Shown here piece by piece: positions 58,486 to 64,000 of a stretch of 64,000 bases of DNA; the stretch's first letter is position 1; the number at the start of each line of letters is the position of its first letter. Position numbers and translations under genes: made by a program. Source of the DNA: an uncultured archaeon (GTDB taxonomy: Archaea; Iainarchaeota; Iainarchaeia; Iainarchaeales; 1-14-0-10-31-34). The notes below the pieces were generated by a model. That model saw nothing but the letters and a program-made list of their open reading frames with translations. It did no database searches and had not been told where the DNA came from. Where the stretch lies: positions 128,305 to 192,304 of the forward strand of contig CAZSOZ010000002.1 in NCBI GenBank assembly GCA_964608675.1, read 5' to 3'.

Positions 58486-59364
58486 ATGAAAGAAAAAAAA
58501 GATTTAGTGCAGGCATTAGTTGAATTGTATAGAATGACTTCAGTTTGCTTGCCAGAAGATGTAAAAGGAAAAATAAAAGAAGCAAGAGAAAAAGAAACAA
58601 GTTTGCTGGCAAAAAAAGTAATGAAATCAATTGAACAAAATTTGGAAACAGCAGAAAAAAACAACTGGCCTTTATGCGAAGACACAGGAATTCCGGTTTT
58701 TTTTATTGAAATACCAAAAAGCTTTGATTACAAAGAAATTAAAGAAAGGATTTTGAAGGCAACAGAAATTGCAACAGAAAAAAATTTTTTGAGACCGAAT
58801 GCAGTTGATTCTTTAACACAAAAAAATTCTGGAAATTGTGTTGGAAAAGGAATTCCAACAATTTATTTTGAACAAAAAGAAAGAGAAGGCATTAAATTCA
58901 ATTTAATGCTTAAAGGCGGAGGAAGCGAAAACATAGGGAAAACTTATTCTTTACCAAATGAAAAACTTAATGCAGGAAGAGATTTAAACGGAATAAAAAA
59001 ATGTGTTTTAGATGCAGTAATAAAAGCACAAGGATTAGGGTGTCCGCCGACAATTGTTTCAGTTGCAATCGGAGGCTCAAAAGATGTTATATCATTTGAA
59101 GCAAAAAAACAGTTCCTGGAAAAAATTGAAGACAAAAAAGGAAAAGAAAAAAAAGTAATTGAATTTGAAGAAAACCTTTTCAATGAAATTAATTCATTAG
59201 GAATCGGACCGATGGGTTTAGGAGGAAAAAACACTGTAATGGATGTAAAAACAAAGTTTTTGCACAGGCATCCTGCAAGCTTTTTTGTTGAAGTCAGTTT
59301 TATGTGCTGGGCAGACAGAAGGCATTCATTAACATGGAAAAACGGAGAAGCAAAATATGACTGA
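58486..59364 (+). CDS. Class I fumarate hydratase / tartrate dehydratase alpha subunit
   Basis: PLCEDTG, LRPNAV, KGGGSEN, GCPP, GIGPMGLGG, HPAS, CWADR. Confidence 0.92.
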   Translation: MKEKKDLVQALVELYRMTSVCLPEDVKGKIKEAREKETSLLAKKVMKSIEQNLETAEKNNWPLCEDTGIPVFFIEIPKSFDYKEIKERILKATEIATEKNFLRPNAVDSLTQKNSGNCVGKGIPTIYFEQKEREGIKFNLMLKGGGSENIGKTYSLPNEKLNAGRDLNGIKKCVLDAVIKAQGLGCPPTIVSVAIGGSKDVISFEAKKQFLEKIEDKKGKEKKVIEFEENLFNEINSLGIGPMGLGGKNTVMDVKTKFLHRHPASFFVEVSFMCWADRRHSLTWKNGEAKYD

Positions 59365-59944
59365 AAAAATAATTAAATTAAAGACTCCATTAAAAGAAAA
59401 AGAAATAGAAAAACTTAATGCAGGAAATTTAGTTGAATTAACAGGAACAATTTTTTTGGCAAGAGACAGAGTTCACAAATTACTGGCAGAAAAAATAAAC
59501 GAAAAATTTCAAAAAAAACTAAAAAACGGAGTAATATACCACTGCGGGCCTATTGCAAGAAAAGAAAAAGAAAAATGGAAAATTTTGTCTGCAGGGCCGA
59601 CAACAAGCACAAGAATGGAATCATTCGAAGAAAAAATAATTCAAGACTATCAAATAAAAGCTGTAATAGGAAAAGGAGGCATGAAAGAAAAAACACTTAA
59701 AGCCCTGCAAAAATTTAAGGCAGTTTATTTGCTGGCAGTAGGAGGAACAGCAGCATTGTTAGCTGAAAGGATTATTAAAGTAAAAAACGTGTTTTTTTTA
59801 GAAGAATTTGGAATTCCAGAAGCATTATGGGAATTGGAAGTAAAAGATTTTCCATTAATTGTTTCAATGGATTCAAAAGGAAAAAGTCTGCATAAAGAAG
59901 TTCTTGAAGAATCACAAAAAAAATTAAAAGAAATCACCCAATAA
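59357..59944 (+). CDS. Class I fumarate hydratase beta subunit
   Basis: ARDRVH, YHCGP, AGPTTSTRM, IGKGGM, GIPEALW. Confidence 0.92.
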   Translation: MTEKIIKLKTPLKEKEIEKLNAGNLVELTGTIFLARDRVHKLLAEKINEKFQKKLKNGVIYHCGPIARKEKEKWKILSAGPTTSTRMESFEEKIIQDYQIKAVIGKGGMKEKTLKALQKFKAVYLLAVGGTAALLAERIIKVKNVFFLEEFGIPEALWELEVKDFPLIVSMDSKGKSLHKEVLEESQKKLKEITQ

Positions 59945-59994
59945 AAAAACAAAAAAAAAAGAATTAAAAAATTGAATGAACCGGATGAAAAAAA

Positions 59995-61107
59995 ATGAAA
60001 GTTGAAGGAAAACATTACAGGACAATTTGGGTTAAAGAAGATGACGAAAAAATAATTCAAATAATTGACCAAAGAAAGCTTCCGCATGAATTTATAATTG
60101 AAAACCTGAAAACAGTTGAAGACATTTTTTTTGCAATAAAAGACATGCATGTAAGAGGCGCACCATTAATTGGAGCAACTGCCGGCTACGGAATGTATTT
60201 AGCAGTATTAGAAGCACAAGAAAAAAATAATGAAAAAATAATTCAGGAAAGCGCAGAAAAAATTGTTTCAGCAAGACCAACTGCAGTAGACTTGGAATGG
60301 GCAGTAAAAAAACAATTAAATGAAATAAAAAAAAGACAAGACTTTCAAGAAAAAAAAATGCTTGCATTCATTAACGCAAAAAAAATTGCAGACGAATCAG
60401 AAGAACAATGCAAAAAAATCGGAGAATTCGGCTGCAAAATAATTGAAGAAATTTCAAGAAAAAAAAACAAAGAAACAGTCAATATTTTAACTCACTGCAA
60501 TGCAGGATGGCTTGCCTGCGTTAACTACGGAACAGCAACCGCACCAATTTATGAAGCCCACAAAAAAGGAATTAAAGTTCATGTATGGGTTGATGAAACA
60601 CGGCCGAGAAACCAAGGAGCATTAACTGCATGGGAACTGCTTCAAGAAGACGTTCCTCATACAATAATTGTTGACAATGCCGGAGGGCACTTAATGCAGA
60701 AAGGATTAGTAGATTTATGTATTGTAGGAACAGACAGAACAACTTTTACAGGAGATGTCGTAAACAAAATCGGAACTTACTTGAAAGCCTTGTCTGCAAA
60801 AGACAATAACGTTCCTTTTTATGTTGCTTTGCCTTCCAATACAATTGACTGGAAAATGAAATCAGGAAAAAATATTCCAATAGAAGAAAGAAATCCAAAC
60901 GAAATAAAATTTGTTCAAGGATTAAACGAAAAAAAAATAAAAAAAGTTCAGGTTTTTCCAAAAGAAAGCCCTGCAAAAAATTACGGTTTTGATGTGACTC
61001 CTGCAAAATTAATTACAGGACTGATAACTGAAAGAGGGGTGTGCAAAGCAGAAGAAAAAAGCATTAAAGGATTATTCCCAGAACAAGAAATAGAAGAAAT
61101 AGATTAA
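59995..61107 (+). CDS. mtnA: Methylthioribose-1-phosphate isomerase
   Basis: DQRKLP, VRGAPLIG, RPTAV, LTHCNAGWLA, DETRPRNQG, NKIGTY, FDVTP. Confidence 0.93.
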   Translation: MKVEGKHYRTIWVKEDDEKIIQIIDQRKLPHEFIIENLKTVEDIFFAIKDMHVRGAPLIGATAGYGMYLAVLEAQEKNNEKIIQESAEKIVSARPTAVDLEWAVKKQLNEIKKRQDFQEKKMLAFINAKKIADESEEQCKKIGEFGCKIIEEISRKKNKETVNILTHCNAGWLACVNYGTATAPIYEAHKKGIKVHVWVDETRPRNQGALTAWELLQEDVPHTIIVDNAGGHLMQKGLVDLCIVGTDRTTFTGDVVNKIGTYLKALSAKDNNVPFYVALPSNTIDWKMKSGKNIPIEERNPNEIKFVQGLNEKKIKKVQVFPKESPAKNYGFDVTPAKLITGLITERGVCKAEEKSIKGLFPEQEIEEID

Positions 61108-61124
61108 AAAAAAAAAGTGAAAAA

Positions 61125-61715
61125 ATGAATGAAGGAGCCATAAAATTTAACTGCAGGATGATTAAAAGAAAAATAAAAAAAAAAGAAATAAAAGATTTAA
61201 ATAAATGGAGAAACAAATTATTTGAATTAAATTTAATCGGAGTTTATTCTAACGGAATCGGATTCGGAAACATCAGCAAAAGAACAGAAAAAAACAAATT
61301 TATTATAACTGGTTCAGCAACAGGCAGGAAAAAAAAATTGAATGAAAAAGATTACTGTAAAGTAATTAAATTTGACTTAAAAAAAAACAGTTTAATTTGT
61401 GAAGGACAAACCAAACCATCAAGCGAATCATTAACTCATGCATCAGTCTATAAAACATTAAAAGAAGCAAACGCAGTAATTCACATACACAATCTTCAAT
61501 TATGGAATCATCTGCTTGAAAAAATTCCTGCAACATCAAAAAAAGCAAAATATGGAAGCCTTCAGCTGACAAAAGAAATAACCAGTTTATTAAAAGAAAA
61601 AAAAACAAAAAAAATTATTTTAATGAAAGGACACAAAGAAGGAATAATTTCATTTGGAAAAAACTTGGATGAAACAGGAAAAATTTTATTAAAGTATACA
61701 GAGGAAATTAAATGA
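61125..61715 (+). CDS. Class II aldolase/adducin family protein
   Basis: GFGNISKR, ITGSATG, PSSESLTH, VIHIH, GHKEGIISFG. Confidence 0.88.
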   Translation: MNEGAIKFNCRMIKRKIKKKEIKDLNKWRNKLFELNLIGVYSNGIGFGNISKRTEKNKFIITGSATGRKKKLNEKDYCKVIKFDLKKNSLICEGQTKPSSESLTHASVYKTLKEANAVIHIHNLQLWNHLLEKIPATSKKAKYGSLQLTKEITSLLKEKKTKKIILMKGHKEGIISFGKNLDETGKILLKYTEEIK

Positions 61716-62287
61716 TTAATTTTCCAAAAAACTTGGCTGAATTCATGAAAAAACATGATTTAAAGCTTGAAAAAAAAATAGCCAAAGGATTTTCAAGCGA
61801 AGTTTTTTTAGTAAAAAAAGAAAAAAAAAATTTTGCTTTAAAAATAGAAAAAATTAAATCCAGAAGAAAAAAAATGGCTGAAAACGAAGTAAAAAATTTA
61901 AGTAAAGCAAATTCAGTTCAAGTCGGGCCAAAATTAATTGATTTTGATTTAAAAAAAAGAATTATTTTAATGGAATACATTAAAGGAAAAACATTCAACG
62001 AATGGATTTTTTCTTTAAAAAAAAACAAAAAAAACAAAAAAAAAGTGGAAAAATTTATTGAAAAAATTTTTTTGCAGGCAGAAAAACTTGATGAAATTGG
62101 ATTAGACCATGGACAGCTTGCAGGAAGAGGAGTAAACATTCTTGTAAAAAAAAATTTGCCTGTAATAATTGATTTCGAAAAAGCCTCACAGAAAAGAAAA
62201 GTACACAACAAAAAAGTTTTAGAATCCTTTTTATTCAAAAACCCTTATTCAGAAATAACAAAAAAAGTAAAAAAAATATTAAATTAA
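61712..62287 (+). CDS. Archaeal Ser/Thr protein kinase (RIO/Bud32-like, COG2112 type)
   Basis: IAKGFSSEV, ALK, MEYIKG, LDHGQL, IIDFEKAS. Confidence 0.8.
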   Translation: MINFPKNLAEFMKKHDLKLEKKIAKGFSSEVFLVKKEKKNFALKIEKIKSRRKKMAENEVKNLSKANSVQVGPKLIDFDLKKRIILMEYIKGKTFNEWIFSLKKNKKNKKKVEKFIEKIFLQAEKLDEIGLDHGQLAGRGVNILVKKNLPVIIDFEKASQKRKVHNKKVLESFLFKNPYSEITKKVKKILN

Positions 62288-62790
62288 GGTTTTTTAGGTC
62301 TTTTGGAGAGGGATTTTTTGACAGCATGTTTTTTTTGTTTTGGTTTTCCTTTAATTTTTTTAATTTTATAATTTAAAGGCAGTTCCAACTGCTTTAATCT
62401 AAAATAAAATCCTTTTTTTAAGTGAAGAAATTTTTCAGCAAAAGGTTTTGCTTTAAAAACAATTTTTTGATTCCTGTACAAAGAAGGAGTCCTTAAAACA
62501 GTTTCCACTGCACCTTCAATTAATTCAGGTTTTTGGGTTGCTAAAATTAAATTCAAAGTTTTTTCCTGAGCTGTTTTTATTGCTTCAGGATGCCCTGAAT
62601 GAAAAACCTGAGAATTCTTTGGGCTGTCTAAAACATTAATTAGTTTTTCAGAAACATTTTTGCCTTCACTGCTTCTCAAAAGAGAATTTGTTTTAGAAAC
62701 AAGATTGCTCCATTCCCTTTGATTAATTGGTCTTTCTCTGTGCTTAAATAAGTCGTCGAAAACTTTTTTTAGTTCACTCACATAAGACAT
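62284..62790 (-). CDS. Orphan helical protein with basic C-terminal tail
   Basis: Open frame with upstream TATA-like box; K/R/P-rich tail. Confidence 0.6.
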   Translation of the reverse strand: MSYVSELKKVFDDLFKHRERPINQREWSNLVSKTNSLLRSSEGKNVSEKLINVLDSPKNSQVFHSGHPEAIKTAQEKTLNLILATQKPELIEGAVETVLRTPSLYRNQKIVFKAKPFAEKFLHLKKGFYFRLKQLELPLNYKIKKIKGKPKQKKHAVKKSLSKRPKKP

Positions 62791-62854
62791 AAATGAAATA
62801 TTATTTTACAAATATAAAAAGTTTTCTAAAAAAATAGAAAAAAAAAAGAAGAAA

Positions 62855-63358
62855 TCACTTTTTTTCAGGGATTTCTTCAGAGTATTTGTTAACAAAAGTT
62901 TTTCTTAAAACAAATTTTCTGTCAACTTCGCTGATTAAAACATCACAAGCAGTCTTGATTGCTTCCATTTCTTTTATAATTCGTTCTTTTTCTTTTTCTA
63001 TTTCTGAAACGTTTTCATAAGTTTCAATTGCATCCCAAAACATGCTTCCATCAACATAAGTGTAAGGATGAGAATTCATTTTTTTTGCAATTCTTTCAAC
63101 CATTTTTCCAAGCCATAAATTCATTTCAACTTTAACCTGGCCTTTAATTTGCTTTCCTTTATCCAAATGATTTCTAAGCATATTTACAATAGTTGCTTTA
63201 GGAAAAGGCAGATTCAAGTCATCAGATTCCTCTTCTTCAATGTCTTCAGGAATAGCAGTATCAGATTCTTCAGCTAAATCTTCAGCCTGTTCCTCCAATT
63301 CCTTTTTTTCTTTTTCTTCTCTTTTTGTTTCTTTATCAGATTTCTTGTCTTTAGACAT
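62855..63358 (-). CDS. Histone-fold protein with acidic N-terminal tail and C-terminal coiled coil
   Basis: LPFPKATIVNMLR...IKGQVKVEMNLWLGKMVERIAKKM...YVD..MF..AI; GGGGT RBS. Confidence 0.7.
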   Translation of the reverse strand: MSKDKKSDKETKREEKEKKELEEQAEDLAEESDTAIPEDIEEEESDDLNLPFPKATIVNMLRNHLDKGKQIKGQVKVEMNLWLGKMVERIAKKMNSHPYTYVDGSMFWDAIETYENVSEIEKEKERIIKEMEAIKTACDVLISEVDRKFVLRKTFVNKYSEEIPEKK

Positions 63359-63481
63359 GCAATTTTACCCCCTAAAAAAATAAACAATAAGCATTAAATT
63401 CTGCTTATAAAATAAACAAGGATTCAAAATATAAAGCCTTACTGCAAAAAAACCTTTAAGGATTTAAAAAGCTTTTGTTTT

Positions 63482-63796
63482 TCAGTTGAAACCGTATTCT
63501 TTTGCAAACAAAAGAACTTCAATTGCAGTAATAATAAAGAAAAAACCTGCAATATAAGAAATCCAAGCACTTATTACTACTACCGGCAAAGCAGAAAAAT
63601 CTTCAATAAAAGAAACAAAATTAAATAAATGCAAGAAAAAAAACATTAAAGAAGTCAAAAAAATCCATCTGGTTATTGCTTTCAATTGAGTTGAATGAAA
63701 TTTAATTGAACTCTTAAAAGAAACAACCACTGCAATCAAAATCAAAATCATGCTTGAAACATTCAGCAAAGAAGTGAAATCCAACTGCAAACCCAT
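63482..63796 (-). CDS. Small membrane protein
   Basis: 3-4 TM helices; ends FAKEYGF. Confidence 0.7.
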   Translation of the reverse strand: MGLQLDFTSLLNVSSMILILIAVVVSFKSSIKFHSTQLKAITRWIFLTSLMFFFLHLFNFVSFIEDFSALPVVVISAWISYIAGFFFIITAIEVLLFAKEYGFN

Positions 63797-63999
63797 TAAA
63801 ACAACCTCTTGTTTTTCATTCCAAATTTTTCAGAAAAATTTAATGCCTCAAAAGAAGTTAAAATTAAGCCTATTGCTGTTGCAATAACAAAAAAAGAACG
63901 AATAGCATAAATTAAATTAATTGAATAATCCAAATAAACCATGACCATAATAAAAAACTGGCCTGAAACAAAAATTAAAAGAGAATAAAAAAAATGCCT
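63796..63999 (-). CDS. Small membrane protein, 3' part (likely paralog of the next gene)
   Basis: RHFFYSLLIFVSGQFF...SFEALNFSEKFGMKNKRLF*; stop overlaps next ATG (TAATG). Confidence 0.65.
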   Translation of the reverse strand, partial: RHFFYSLLIFVSGQFFIMVMVYLDYSINLIYAIRSFFVIATAIGLILTSFEALNFSEKFGMKNKRLF

Positions 64000-64000
64000 T

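Overview
Very AT-rich archaeal DNA with strong coding-strand A skew. Thermosome, TrmB, archaeal OGG, histone fold, single-OB SSB, KaiC-like ATPase and the many orphan surface proteins point to a DPANN archaeon, most plausibly Iainarchaeota/Diapherotrites (inference only). Layout: a surface-glycosylation locus (1-12.8 kb); a KaiC-led run of large membrane-anchored surface proteins (12.7-20.7 kb); housekeeping genes (traB, gdh, ogg, PHP, sufS); a bacterial-type metK preceded by a free-standing LAGLIDADG endonuclease gene and interrupted by one +1 frameshift at CCT-TGA-C inside its catalytic GHPDK motif; three Ig-fold surface proteins; a duplicated two-gene secreted module ending in an 1149-aa lytic transglycosylase; tRNA-Ile(UAU) directly upstream of ileS; SSB; thermosome; a locally decayed pho region with two pseudogenes; malic enzyme and fumarase split by a tandem-HTH, sigma70-region-2-like gene; mtnA-aldolase-kinase; and an acidic-tailed coiled-coil histone. 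Best candidates for new biology: (1) possible SAM-responsive programmed +1 frameshifting in metK, linked to a homing endonuclease; (2) the secreted peptidoglycan-lytic module; (3) the sigma-like protein. All family calls come from motif recognition by eye; no database search was run.
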